Source of the DNA: Candidatus Hydrothermarchaeota archaeon
GTDB lineage: Archaea > CAYFZR01
Length of the DNA stretch: 19,161 bases
Assembly: GCA_046760505.1 (NCBI GenBank)
Contig: JBHIEG010000029.1
Span: 1-19,161, forward strand
Direction: 5' to 3'
The notes under the pieces are model-generated. The model was not told the origin of the DNA and did not search any database. It worked only from the letters and a program-made list of their open reading frames with translations. How positions within the stretch are numbered: the stretch's first letter is position 1; each line of letters starts with the position of its first letter. A program made the translations under genes and the position numbers. Shown piece after piece: positions 9,901-18,509 of the stretch.

Positions 9901-10076
9901 AAATAAGAGAGATGTTAGAAGAGAATATCGAACTCATAAAGACAGAGACGAGATCAAGGGAACTACTCTTTGAAGATTTGAAGGGTTACAGGAAAGAATG
10001 GGAAATAAATGGAAATAAATACGTAATAACAGTACAAAGAGATCTTGAGTTCCAGCAGATTCCAAGGGAGGAATAA
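6903..10076 (+). CDS. ileS: Isoleucyl-tRNA synthetase
   Basis: 1057 aa class I aaRS with the HIGH-region variant PPYTTGEIHLGTAYN, the KMSKS motif (KKMSKSLGN), CxxC zinc knuckles and the archaeal-type C-terminal extension. Confidence 0.95.
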   Translation: MPIEPAKKNFSKEDELKIQEWWNKEKIYEKTRERRKNGPRFYFCDGPPYTTGEIHLGTAYNKTIKDAVLRYKSMRGYFVRDQAGWDMHGLPIEVKVEELLGIRSKHEIEDKVGIDEFVKKCREFSLINLEKMTKQFKRLGVWLNWDTPYRTIDNSYIESVWWSIKRAGERGLLYKDLRVITWCPRCETALADAEIEYKDVRDPSIYVKFKVLNEENTYILIWTTTPWTIPANLAVCVHPEYVYAEIKIDDERLILAKDLLESIVKLAGIKEYEIVKEFYGNELLGLKYEHPLRDEVPFHRAVDGKYVHAIISGTHVKLDEGTGCVHTAPGHGPDDYEIGKEYDIPIFSPVDEKGIFKEEAGKYKGSYVKKADDEIINDLREKNSLFYHGEIEHRYGHCWRCKSPIIYRATEQWFLGITKLKRKMMEEIDRVEWIPEWAGASRFKDWVRSAKDWTISRQRYWGIPLPVWICEKCNEKKIVGSLDELKKYAINFEDEIDLHRPWVDKIKLKCKCKSTMKRVPDVIDVWLDSGTATWASLTYPSKKEEFEKWWPADFITEGHDQTRGWFYSQLGAGVIALDRAPYDQVLMHGFTLDKEGKKMSKSLGNVVTPESVFERYGADVLRFYFLWTIPPWDDLHFNWDEVRVVSRMLNVLWNVYVFATTYMALDNYLPSKSHASHLREEDRWMISRINTLIKEATSHFEELQLHKVTRAIHDFILEDLSRWYIRLIRERAWIEKEDPDKNAAYYTLWYTLCNLTRLMAPFTPHVTEAIYQNLMRNIVFEFESVHMCDWPQCEEDLIDERLEEDMKIVKSAVELSYSARQKARLKLRWPVRSIAISAPKKRIEAIRRLEHILKTQANVKEVITLSEEETHPEVRTRIKPKFDVVGPKYKGKTSLIKKALEEIDGESIRSKISQGYVLKLSDGSEVKLTEEDIEFITELPKELEVVESPEMKLYLDRKITPELKSEGLAKEVIRRIQEMRKELNLSVEEMIRSSIIVKEEIREMLEENIELIKTETRSRELLFEDLKGYRKEWEINGNKYVITVQRDLEFQQIPREE

Positions 10077-10195
10077 AAACGGAACTTATAGAGTGGATCT
10101 CTTTTTACAAGAAGATATTAAGTGACTTTGGATACGATGAGTACAGAGATAATCTATCCGCGATTCTTCTCAACTCTATTCTTGTCTCAGATTCT

Positions 10196-10855
10196 TTGAG
10201 CTTGGTGTACAATATAGGCAGGAGAATAAACAAAAAAACATGTATTATACTAGGTGCAGGGCCCTCTTTGGATGATGTGGTTGATTTCTTGGCCAAAGAA
10301 AAAACTAAAAAGTTCATTATCGCAGCAAATGGTGCTATAACCCCCCTGATTTCTAAAGGAAAACTTCCTAATCTTATTGTTACAGATCTAGATGGAGCTT
10401 TCGAGGATTTATTAAAGGCAAACATGTCTGGTGTCCCCCTAATGGTTCATGCTCATGGGGATAACATGGATAGGATCGGAACTCTGGTTCCAAGATTCAC
10501 CAATGTAATAGGCACTACTCAGGGGATACCTTTTGGTAAACTCCACAACTTCGGAGGTTTCACCGATGGGGACAGGGCATTCATGCTTGCAAGCCATTTT
10601 AATGCCGATCCAATAATCCTTGGTGGAATGGATTTTGGAGACATAGTTACTCCCTACTCAAAACCAGAACTTAAGTCTAATTCAAAAGCAGATCCGATAA
10701 AGAGGAAAAAACTCCAGTGGGCAAGACGCCTCATCGAATACGAGGTTAAAAAAAGAAATCTAAGGGTGTACAATATTTCCCAAGGTGAAAAAATCGAAGG
10801 AACAATGGATATAAAGATATCTGATTTAGATAAGATTTTAAAAAGCCTTGACTAA
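10196..10855 (+). CDS. MptE-like / DUF115 protein (putative 6-hydroxymethyl-7,8-dihydropterin pyrophosphokinase); N-terminus may extend upstream to about 10088
   Basis: GAGPSL and TDLDG motifs of DUF115. TTG 10196 is the first canonical start, but the frame stays open and coding-like (EWISFYKKILSDFGYDEYRDNLSAILLNSIL) back across the ileS stop. Confidence 0.55.
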   Translation: MSLVYNIGRRINKKTCIILGAGPSLDDVVDFLAKEKTKKFIIAANGAITPLISKGKLPNLIVTDLDGAFEDLLKANMSGVPLMVHAHGDNMDRIGTLVPRFTNVIGTTQGIPFGKLHNFGGFTDGDRAFMLASHFNADPIILGGMDFGDIVTPYSKPELKSNSKADPIKRKKLQWARRLIEYEVKKRNLRVYNISQGEKIEGTMDIKISDLDKILKSLD

Positions 10856-11722
10856 TTAACCTCTTATTTCCTCAAGCATTTCGCAAGTCTTGCAAGTTCT
10901 CCTAGAACTAGGTTCTCCACATTTTTCGCAGGTCAGGACTCTTGCGTATTTTAGTCTTGGCAATTTTTCAATGGAGGCCATTATTCTGTGTTTAATGGCT
11001 TGCTTAATCTCTACACTATCTACGATCTCTCTTATCTTTGCTCTCAATGCATGACCTGAGTAAGGGCATACCCCGTCATGAGAGGGTATTCCCTTCAGGA
11101 GAGAATATATCTTTACCTCCTTCTCGCTCAGGTCAAATAGTGGTTTTATCCTTGGCAACATCCTATCATGAATTTTGTCTGATTTAGGAACAATCTTGAG
11201 AAGTCTCATCCAGTCTCCTCTTCCTATAGAAAGAAAAACAGATTGTATTTCATCATCTAAATTATGACCGGTAGCAACGTAAGAAGCCTTCAACTCTCTC
11301 GCGTGTTTGTTAAGCAAATACCTCCTAAATATTCCACAATAGAAACAACCTTTTTCAGGACCAAATTTTTCGACTAGCTCGTCTAATGTAAATCCAAATT
11401 CATCGTAAAAACTTAGTTCCACAATCGGTAGATCTTCTTTTAACCTGGCAATGATCTTCTTTGACTCTTCCCTGTATCCCCGTATGCCTTCATCAATGAA
11501 TATACCGAACACATCGTATCCCAGAGAATTTAAGATTTTTAAGGTAACTGTAGAGTCTTTTCCTCCAGAAATTCCCACACATATCTTTTCATTTTCTATT
11601 TTAAACTCTTTCATCCTTTTTTTTACAGTTTTTTCAAAGAATTCGCAGAAACAAGAATCACAGAGCCACTCTCCCAAGGACCTAGAGAAATATATGGCTT
11701 TAGAATTACACCTGCACCTCAT
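10856..11722 (-). CDS. PP-loop ATPase of the TtuA/NcsA/TtcA tRNA 2-thiolation family
   Basis: SGGKDS PP-loop with CxxC pairs at both the N- and C-terminus. It is convergent with the mptE-like gene with zero intergenic nucleotides. Confidence 0.75.
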   Translation of the reverse strand: MRCRCNSKAIYFSRSLGEWLCDSCFCEFFEKTVKKRMKEFKIENEKICVGISGGKDSTVTLKILNSLGYDVFGIFIDEGIRGYREESKKIIARLKEDLPIVELSFYDEFGFTLDELVEKFGPEKGCFYCGIFRRYLLNKHARELKASYVATGHNLDDEIQSVFLSIGRGDWMRLLKIVPKSDKIHDRMLPRIKPLFDLSEKEVKIYSLLKGIPSHDGVCPYSGHALRAKIREIVDSVEIKQAIKHRIMASIEKLPRLKYARVLTCEKCGEPSSRRTCKTCEMLEEIRG

Positions 11723-12147
11723 TTTAACCTTCTATAAATTTGTTGAAATCCTATAAAAAGTTTGTAAAATAAAAGTTATAGATAACTCTTAAATTAAAAG
11801 AACCCTCAATTTCGGTGTCCCTCCACTAAAAAACTTAAACCAACATGAATAAGTTAAAAAAGGATTTTCTAACAAAAAATTGATTTTTTTGGCTTTAAAG
11901 ATATTTATAGGTGAGGAGAGAAATAAATAAGTGAGAAGACGAAAAGAAGAAATGGAGAAAAGAATGTTGTGAAATTTATAAAAAAAGAATTCCCTCTTGG
12001 TATCTGAGACTAAAAAACATAAATATGCTGTTTTTGGAAATTGAGAAGGAAGTTTGATGGGTAGAGCGATACGATGTTGGGCTGTGAGAAGTAATGCACT
12101 GAATTTGGATAAAAAACTTAAAGAATTTAAAAAGGTGGAGGATTGAC

Positions 12148-12402
12148 ATGGATTACTCAGAAATTTTATCTATTATTGGACTATTTTTTGATTTTTTAGG
12201 CGCAGTCATTTTGATGTTTCCTCTTTTTGAAAGCAAAGAAAAAATAAAAGAGCTTGTTTCTTCTACGGATTATAAACCTATTTTTGAGGAAGACAAGGCT
12301 CGATTAAAGGAATCTCTTCTGGAAGAGATAAATATTGGAATTATTGGTTTGACTTTTATATTCTCTGGTTTTCTCTTACAAATAATCGCTAAGTTCTATT
12401 GA
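12148..12402 (+). CDS. Small two-TM membrane protein, uncharacterised
   Basis: 84-aa ORF preceded by aggtggagg. Two hydrophobic helices flank an acidic/basic linker. Confidence 0.5.
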   Translation: MDYSEILSIIGLFFDFLGAVILMFPLFESKEKIKELVSSTDYKPIFEEDKARLKESLLEEINIGIIGLTFIFSGFLLQIIAKFY

Positions 12403-12586
12403 TTTTATTCCCGAGCAATTTCACAAACAATTTTTCACCAATTGATTTCGAAATTTTTTATCATGATTTATCGTTACTGAAAAAGGTTATATTCTACAAA
12501 CTCAATAGGGGTTAAACAAAAGTGAGGGGAAAATAAGCAATCGGAAAAAAATTTTGTGAATCTTTTACCAAGATGGCGTGGTGGGG

Positions 12587-13366
12587 ATGGCAAGTATCTA
12601 CCAGCAGGACGAAGATCTCAAATTGATAGAGACTTACGCCAACATACATGACGTTGTTCAGAACTTGCCTGATTCTCTTTACTCCAAGCATCAACTCGCT
12701 GAGTTAAGAGAAGTTACCGAAAAACTGGGGAGGGATCTCAAACTTTATTTATCTAAAGATAGAGACTCCAAAGAGATTGAAACGATGATCTCCACTGCAA
12801 TAGAAGAAGTAAAAAACAGAAGAAAGTTTTTTGGACTCTACGAAGTAGTTCCGTACTTTGAAAAAAAAGAAACAAACTTCCTAAAAGCCCTTCACAAAAA
12901 GGCGTTGGATTCTTCGATACTTGAGGTATTAAGCAGCGAGGGGGTAATTAAACTCGAAAAAGAAAAGAAAAAATCCATAAAAAGAAGCATATGGCTTGGA
13001 ACAGAACTGGAAATGTATGCAGTCCTTGGTAGTATTGAGATTCCTTCCGAATTTAGTTTTTCAGAGGAAATTATAGATAAGATCTCAAAGGAGTGCGTCA
13101 GGATCTTATACTCACGGATAAAAAACGAGAGAGAAAAATATCTAAGGCATTTACTCAGATTGCTCGATTTCAAACACAAGGTTGGAATTTATCATTTAGA
13201 CCCAGATCTCTGGCGTTTTTTTGTTGTAATAGAAGCGGATAGATTGCTTGACATTCGTGGCGAATTTATCCACGACCTTATAGAACTTTCGATATTGATC
13301 GAAAAGCTAAGGGAGTTAGGAGAGGAAATAGCCGTTGGAAAAAAAAGGCCCCGAAAAAACGGATAA
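12587..13366 (+). CDS. Uncharacterised alpha-helical protein (track ORF 12578-13366; ATG 12587 preferred)
   Basis: Codon usage matches its neighbours. Charged, helical, with no motif I recognise. The C-terminal RLLDFKH weakly resembles a HEPN R-x5-H motif. The ORF ends 1 nt before the convergent guaAA stop. Confidence 0.55.
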   Translation: MASIYQQDEDLKLIETYANIHDVVQNLPDSLYSKHQLAELREVTEKLGRDLKLYLSKDRDSKEIETMISTAIEEVKNRRKFFGLYEVVPYFEKKETNFLKALHKKALDSSILEVLSSEGVIKLEKEKKKSIKRSIWLGTELEMYAVLGSIEIPSEFSFSEEIIDKISKECVRILYSRIKNEREKYLRHLLRLLDFKHKVGIYHLDPDLWRFFVVIEADRLLDIRGEFIHDLIELSILIEKLRELGEEIAVGKKRPRKNG

Positions 13367-13367
13367 A

Positions 13368-13928
13368 TTACTCTCTACAGATCTTTAAGAAATTTTTGAA
13401 TATTTCAGGACCCTTTGGAGTATGAGCCACCTCTGGATGAAACTGGACGCCGAAAATGTCTTTTTTCTTGTGCATCATGGCTTCATTTTTACATACTTCG
13501 GAATGAGCTATTATCTCAAAATCCTTTGGAGTTTCTTCTATTTCATCCATATGAGATGCCCAAGCAACTATTTTTTTCCCTAATCCTTCCAAGATGCCTA
13601 CTGGCTTATCTATAATTATCTCGGTCTCTGCATATTCACCCTTCATTCCCCTTGCAACCTTCCCTCCGTAAGTTTTTGCAATAAGTTGGTGTCCCAAGCA
13701 TATGCCAAGGATTGGGATATTCAGTTCTTTTACAATGGATTCACAGTTTCCTACTCTGTCTAGGTCCGGACCACCACTCAGTATAACTCCGACAGGATCA
13801 AATTCTGCTATTTCTTCCACAGAAATTGTGTTCGGCACTATCTTTGCTTCCACATTTAAATAGCGAAGTGTTCTGTATATCCTATGGGTGTACTGCCCAT
13901 AGTTGTCCAGAATTAATATATCAACCAA
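13368..13928 (-). CDS. guaAA: GMP synthase (glutamine-hydrolysing) subunit A, class I glutamine amidotransferase
   Basis: ILDNYGQYTHRIYRTLRYLNVEAKI...ILGICLGHQL...VQFHPE closely follows archaeal two-subunit GuaAA sequences. TTG start at 13926-13928. Confidence 0.85.
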   Translation of the reverse strand: MVDILILDNYGQYTHRIYRTLRYLNVEAKIVPNTISVEEIAEFDPVGVILSGGPDLDRVGNCESIVKELNIPILGICLGHQLIAKTYGGKVARGMKGEYAETEIIIDKPVGILEGLGKKIVAWASHMDEIEETPKDFEIIAHSEVCKNEAMMHKKKDIFGVQFHPEVAHTPKGPEIFKNFLKICRE

Positions 13929-13942
13929 GAAAAAACACCAAC

Positions 13943-14530
13943 TTACATACCTAGAAAGTACTTGTGTATCGTGGTATCATCGGTCAATTCTGGATGAAAG
14001 GCGACAGCGAGCATGTTTTTTTCTCTGGCTCCCACGATGAGATCTTCATACTTTGCTACTACCTCTACTCCCTTTCCCACTTCTAGAATTACTGGGGCCC
14101 TTATAAAGACCCCTGTTATTTTAGTCTTTTTCGGTAGAAATTCGATTTCAGCCTCAAAAGATTCTCTCTGCCTTCCAAAGGCATTTCTTTTTACATTAAT
14201 GTTCATCAATCTCATCAGGGGTTGTTTTGTTTTTTCCATGTCACCGTTTCCCTTTTTGGCTAAGAGTATTAAGCCTGCGCATGTCGCCAAAACAGGCAAG
14301 CCCTCAGAAATCTTTTCTTTTAACTCATCGAACATTTTGTTTATTACAAGCAGCTTTCCTATGGTGGTGCTTTCTCCCCCAGGGAGTATGATTCTATCGA
14401 TATCTTGCAAATGATCCTTGTTTTTCACTGGGATAATTTTCGGAGTGATTTCTAATTCTTCGCATGCTCTTCTCATTATTTCTGCATGCTCTGAGATGTC
14501 TCCCTGCAAAGCAAGGATTCCTATGTTCAT
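13943..14530 (-). CDS. pdxT: Pyridoxal 5'-phosphate synthase glutaminase subunit PdxT
   Basis: [10 protein letters not shown]...ATCAG...FHPE. The ATG at 14528-14530 overlaps the pdxS stop as TAATG. The track ORF extends to TTG 14536. Confidence 0.85.
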   Translation of the reverse strand: MNIGILALQGDISEHAEIMRRACEELEITPKIIPVKNKDHLQDIDRIILPGGESTTIGKLLVINKMFDELKEKISEGLPVLATCAGLILLAKKGNGDMEKTKQPLMRLMNINVKRNAFGRQRESFEAEIEFLPKKTKITGVFIRAPVILEVGKGVEVVAKYEDLIVGAREKNMLAVAFHPELTDDTTIHKYFLGM

Positions 14531-15414
14531 TACCAACCTCTCACCTGGAGGAGCTGATCCTCGCTTAGAGTTTTTATATCCAATCCTCTCATAGCCTCTC
14601 CAAGGTTCTTTGAAACTTCTGCAAGGACGTCTGGTTTATCGTAGTTTGCGGTTGCTTCTACGATTGCTCTTGCTCTTGCCGGAGGATCCTGAGACTTGAA
14701 TATGCCCGAGCCAACGAAAACGCCATCTGCTCCTAACTGCATCATTAAAGCAGCGTCTGCAGGTGTGGCAATGCCTCCTGCCGCGAAATTAACCACTGGT
14801 AATCTTTGTAACTTAACCGTTTCTTCCAAAAGTTCCACAGGAGCAGCAATCTCTCTCGCATACTTTTCCAACTCAAGCCTATCCTTCGATTTTAAATCCC
14901 TTATAGTTCCCATTATGAGCCTCATATGCCTCACAGCTTCCATTACATTCCCAGTTCCTGCTTCCCCCTTTGTTCTTATCATCGCCGCGCCCTCGTTGAT
15001 CCTCCTCAGGGCTTCGCCCAAATCTCTTGCTCCGCAAACAAATGGCACGACAAATTTTCTTTTGTCTACATGGAATTTTTCGTCCGCTGGTGTTAGTACC
15101 TCGCTCTCATCTATCATATCTACGCCTAATGCTTGCAGGATCTGAGCCTCTACAAAATGCCCAATTCTGCATTTTGCCATCACTGGAATAGTCACTGCAT
15201 CCATAATCTCGATTATCTTGGCTGGATCTGCCATTCTTGCAACTCCGCCTGCCTCCCTTATATCTGCTGGAACCCTCTCTAGCGCCATTACAGCAACTGC
15301 TCCTGCGTCTTCGGCTATAATTGCCTGCTCAGCATTTGTAACATCCATTATCACTCCACCTTTCACCATCTTTGCGAATCCTCTCTTTAATCTCTCTGTT
15401 CCTTGGATTTTCAT
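14530..15414 (-). CDS. pdxS: Pyridoxal 5'-phosphate synthase lyase subunit PdxS
   Basis: 294 aa. GGVIMDV...[12 protein letters not shown]...GEAGTGNV...[31 protein letters not shown] is diagnostic of PdxS/SNZ. Confidence 0.95.
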   Translation of the reverse strand: MKIQGTERLKRGFAKMVKGGVIMDVTNAEQAIIAEDAGAVAVMALERVPADIREAGGVARMADPAKIIEIMDAVTIPVMAKCRIGHFVEAQILQALGVDMIDESEVLTPADEKFHVDKRKFVVPFVCGARDLGEALRRINEGAAMIRTKGEAGTGNVMEAVRHMRLIMGTIRDLKSKDRLELEKYAREIAAPVELLEETVKLQRLPVVNFAAGGIATPADAALMMQLGADGVFVGSGIFKSQDPPARARAIVEATANYDKPDVLAEVSKNLGEAMRGLDIKTLSEDQLLQVRGW

Positions 15415-15490
15415 ACAAAGACCTCCGAATAAAATCTATGATTAGAAAATACTTGATTGATAATGAAGTTTTCGGTGGCTGAGATATCTA

Positions 15491-15952
15491 TTACCCCTTC
15501 TTTTTGATCTTTGCAATATCTCCCAGAGTTAAAGATCTTGCCGATGATGCCACGCCCAAATGATTCTCTCTCATTTCCTGTCTGAGATTTATTTCCAACA
15601 ACCTTTCAAGTTTTTTTAGCAAATTTTCGTCTGGAATCATTTTTTCTGTCTCTATCCTTGCTATTACAGAAGTTTTTTCATTTAACCTCTTTGCTAAATC
15701 TTCCTGAGTCCATTCTCTTTTCTCTCTAGCCTTTTTTATGGTGGTTCCGTAATTTTCGATTAACTCGTATTCTTCCTTCGAAACTTTTCTTGGTTTTGGT
15801 TTTATCGTTCTTTTAAGGGGTTGTTTAAAAATTCTCATCGTGTTTTTTTCAGCGAACTTCTTGCATCTATTACAAACCTTCATCTCGGTCCTTTCAATGA
15901 AAACAACTCTGGCCTGTCCTTTTATTTCTGCTCCGCAGACCTCGCAATGCAA
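15491..15952 (-). CDS. mbf1: Archaeal multiprotein-bridging factor 1 (zinc-ribbon + HTH_XRE)
   Basis: N-terminal CEVCG...CNRC zinc ribbon with a C-terminal helix-turn-helix (WTQEDLAKRLNEKTSVIARIE). Confidence 0.8.
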   Translation of the reverse strand: MHCEVCGAEIKGQARVVFIERTEMKVCNRCKKFAEKNTMRIFKQPLKRTIKPKPRKVSKEEYELIENYGTTIKKAREKREWTQEDLAKRLNEKTSVIARIETEKMIPDENLLKKLERLLEINLRQEMRENHLGVASSARSLTLGDIAKIKKKG

Positions 15953-16063
15953 GCTACCACCGTTTGAATTTATATATTTTAGGAGAGTAGATATAAAATT
16001 TGTCGAAGTTTACATGCCAACTGTCAACAAAAAACTTATAACAAAAGAATTCCAAAACAACTA
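15953..16063. promoter_or_regulatory. Divergent promoter region between mbf1 and pan with two TATA-like elements (tttatatatttta, gatataaaattt)
   Basis: AT-rich TATA-like runs on both strands. GGAGGAG (16066-72) precedes the pan GTG. Confidence 0.35.
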
Positions 16064-16078
16064 TTGGAGGAGCATAAC

Positions 16079-17317
16079 GTGAAGTCAAGCGAAACTCCAA
16101 ATTCGAAGGGTAAAGACCCGGATGATTTTTCAAGATATCTACTTAATAGAGTAAAACAACTTGAAACTGCATATAGCCAAGCAAAGGAAGACCACAGAAG
16201 ACTAGAGAATGAGAAAAAATATATCGAAAGCGAAAGAATGCGCATGGAAAGGGAGGTTCGCAGACTTAGGAGCGAGTTAGAAAGGCTCAAAAGCCTTCCT
16301 CTGGTTGTGGCAAATGTTATCGATGTGTTAAACGATGACAAAGCCATCGTAAAAAGCTCAACAGGTCCCAATTTTGTTGTAAATATTTCTCAATTCGTAG
16401 ACAAAAAGAAACTTGTCCCTGGGGCACGTGTCGCTCTCAACCAACAATCATACGCCATAATTGGAACATTACCAACTGAGAAAGATCCATTCGTTAGAGG
16501 AATGGAGATAGAAGAGCGACCACCCACAAGATACGAGGACATAGGTGGATTAAAAGCTCAGATAAGAGAAATAAGAGAAACTGTCGAGCTACCCCTAAAA
16601 AGACCAGATTTATTTGAAAAAATTGGTATTGAACCGCCTAAGGGCGTGATGCTATACGGTCCGCCAGGCACAGGTAAAACTCTCCTTGCAAGGGCAGTAG
16701 CACATGAAACTGATGCCACGTTCATCAAAATTATTGGTTCGGAATTGGTCCAAAAGTATATTGGAGAAGGCGCAAGGATGGTAAGAGAAATTATACAACT
16801 TGCAAGGGAAAAGGCTCCAAGTATAATATTCATAGACGAACTAGACGCAATAGGTGCAAAAAGACTTGAGAGCGCAACAAGTGGAGATAGGGAGGTTCAA
16901 AGGACGCTGATGCAGTTGCTCGCTGAGATGGACGGATTTGATCCTAGGGGAAATGTAAGGTTTGTTGGAGCAACAAACAGACCTGACATCTTAGATCCTG
17001 CTCTTCTTAGACCCGGTAGGTTTGACAGACTTATAGAGGTCCCGATGCCAAACTACGAGGCGAGGGTGGAGATATTTAAGATACACACAAAAAACATGAA
17101 TGCCGAAAACATCGACATAGAAAACCTTGCAAAAATCACCGACGGGGCTACGGGTGCAGATATAAAGGTCATATGCACGGAAGCAGGCATGTTCGCGATA
17201 AGAGATGAGAGAGATACCGTCTATATGGATGACTTCCACAAGGCCATTGAGAAAGTCTTAAAATTAAATGGTAGAATTGGAGAGGTAAAAGAATCCGTAG
17301 GAATAATGTTCGGATGA
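16079..17317 (+). CDS. pan: Proteasome-activating nucleotidase PAN (AAA+ ATPase)
   Basis: Coiled-coil N-terminus, Walker A GPPGTGKT, Walker B IIFIDELD, and the C-terminal HbYX-like tail. GTG 16079 lies 6 nt after GGAGGAG. The track's TTG 16064 overlaps the SD. Confidence 0.9.
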   Translation: MKSSETPNSKGKDPDDFSRYLLNRVKQLETAYSQAKEDHRRLENEKKYIESERMRMEREVRRLRSELERLKSLPLVVANVIDVLNDDKAIVKSSTGPNFVVNISQFVDKKKLVPGARVALNQQSYAIIGTLPTEKDPFVRGMEIEERPPTRYEDIGGLKAQIREIRETVELPLKRPDLFEKIGIEPPKGVMLYGPPGTGKTLLARAVAHETDATFIKIIGSELVQKYIGEGARMVREIIQLAREKAPSIIFIDELDAIGAKRLESATSGDREVQRTLMQLLAEMDGFDPRGNVRFVGATNRPDILDPALLRPGRFDRLIEVPMPNYEARVEIFKIHTKNMNAENIDIENLAKITDGATGADIKVICTEAGMFAIRDERDTVYMDDFHKAIEKVLKLNGRIGEVKESVGIMFG

Positions 17318-17327
17318 ATGCTCCTCC

Positions 17328-17377
17328 ATGATGAAATTTCTAAACTGATACCAGATGATGAATGATGGGCGAACTGA
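17328..17377 (+). ncRNA. C/D box sRNA (2'-O-methylation guide): C ATGATGA 17328-34, D' CTGA 17345-48, C' ATGATGA 17355-61, D CTGA 17374-77
   Basis: Two exact RUGAUGA boxes and two CUGA boxes. Guide spacers are 10 and 12 nt and the D'-C' gap is 6 nt, the canonical archaeal C/D architecture. It begins 10 nt after the pan stop. Confidence 0.7.
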
Positions 17378-17400
17378 TAACGCCATTTTTCGCCCTATTT
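17367..17400 (+). terminator. Hairpin GGGCGAA...TTCGCCC followed by a T-rich tail
   Basis: 7-bp stem (17367-73 / 17389-95) then tatttatt. The 5' arm is the D-guide of the sRNA. Confidence 0.35.
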
Positions 17401-17401
17401 A

Positions 17402-17674
17402 TTATCTGTGGTTATATTGTCTATTTCTTCTGTTGAGGTAGTATATTCTTTTGCTGATTCCTGCTTTCTTCCCGAACTTTTCGATATTCCTTCTTACAGT
17501 AGAGTAGTCTAGCGGATAGCCTTTGTTCTTGGTTCCGATGCCGACCCAAAGAGATGCATCCGGGTTTTCCTTTAGAGAGTGATTGTCCATCCAAGTGGCT
17601 AGGTAGGGAGAGTGTGAATTGTACCATGGTGCGGGAGACAAGACAGCTCCCTCAGTTCTAAATCCCTTTTTCAT
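17402..17674 (-). pseudogene. Remnant of a tyrosine recombinase/integrase (internal fragment without catalytic H-x-x-R / Tyr region)
   Basis: The 90-aa ORF ...LWVGIGTKNKGYPLDYSTVRRNIEKFGKKAGISKRI matches the conserved segment just upstream of the HxLRH box of XerC/D-like integrases. None of the three frames downstream encodes the catalytic motifs. The flanks are AT-rich and non-coding. Confidence 0.45.
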
Positions 17675-17819
17675 TTAGGCTAATAAAAAATTAAGGCTAT
17701 CTTATATTAGTTTTTGATACTTAAATCTTTTATTTGTATTGTTATTGTAATAGAAAGTATATCTGAGAGATAGCGGTAGAAGAGTTTTATTTTAACTTTT
17801 AAAAGAAGAAAGCACTAGG

Positions 17820-18509
17820 TCAAACCAGCTTCCCGAGCGCGTGTATTACATCGGGCTTGTGACACTTCGTACACTCTGGTATCGTGATCTCGATAGTTCC
17901 GTGGCAATTCTCGCAAGTGGGCCCTTTCTTTCCTTCTTTTTCTAATCTCTTTTTTGCATGAATATAGTGAACTGTTCCATGACACTTATAGCATAATTCG
18001 TTGCCTTTAGCTATTTCGTGATGTATTCTCAGCAGGTTGTCTGCGTGACATGCTTGACAAATTATCTTGTCCTCCTCTACGGTAGGTTTAACTATTTCAG
18101 GAGGACTTTGATGGCATATTGCACAAGCTCCACCATGTATCTTTGCAACATCTGCTCCATGACATCTAGCACATATGACTTCTCCCACCTTAACATGCAA
18201 TTCCGTTACATCACCATGGCATGTTGTGCAGTTCTCTCTTGCTGGTCTTTCGTGGATTTCGTGTATGGGTGGAGAGTGACATTTTACACATTCAGGTATC
18301 TCTACGCTAGGCAAAAAGCCATGACAATCTGAGCAGCCTATCCATACATCTGCATGAATGCTGTGAGCCACATCGTGACAACCATAACAAAAGGACTTCG
18401 TATAATTCTTCTTTTCAGGATTCTGCGTCTTCTCCTCTGAGATGGTGGGTATTGATACTGTAACGAGAAGGATCACTACAAAAACTAAACCTATGGACAA
18501 TCTCTTCAT
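17820..18509 (-). CDS. Secreted decaheme c-type cytochrome (10 CxxCH, likely all bis-His ligated)
   Basis: Signal peptide/anchor MKRLSIGLVFVVILLVTVSI, then ten CxxCH motifs plus 11 additional His in about 200 residues. Confidence 0.85.
   Translation of the reverse strand: MKRLSIGLVFVVILLVTVSIPTISEEKTQNPEKKNYTKSFCYGCHDVAHSIHADVWIGCSDCHGFLPSVEIPECVKCHSPPIHEIHERPARENCTTCHGDVTELHVKVGEVICARCHGADVAKIHGGACAICHQSPPEIVKPTVEEDKIICQACHADNLLRIHHEIAKGNELCYKCHGTVHYIHAKKRLEKEGKKGPTCENCHGTIEITIPECTKCHKPDVIHALGKLV

Noticed and set aside
12053-12102. Possible second C/D box sRNA (TTGATGG ... CTGA) in the long intergenic region
   Set aside because: The C box is mismatched at two positions. There is no clean D'/C' pair. 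Compared with the 17328-17377 candidate the match is poor, so I kept it only as a weak note.
17421-17627. Alternative-frame ORF overlapping the integrase remnant, as a frameshifted continuation carrying the catalytic residues
   Set aside because: I translated all three minus-strand frames downstream. None contains an HxxR...Y catalytic box, so the integrase is truncated rather than simply frameshifted.
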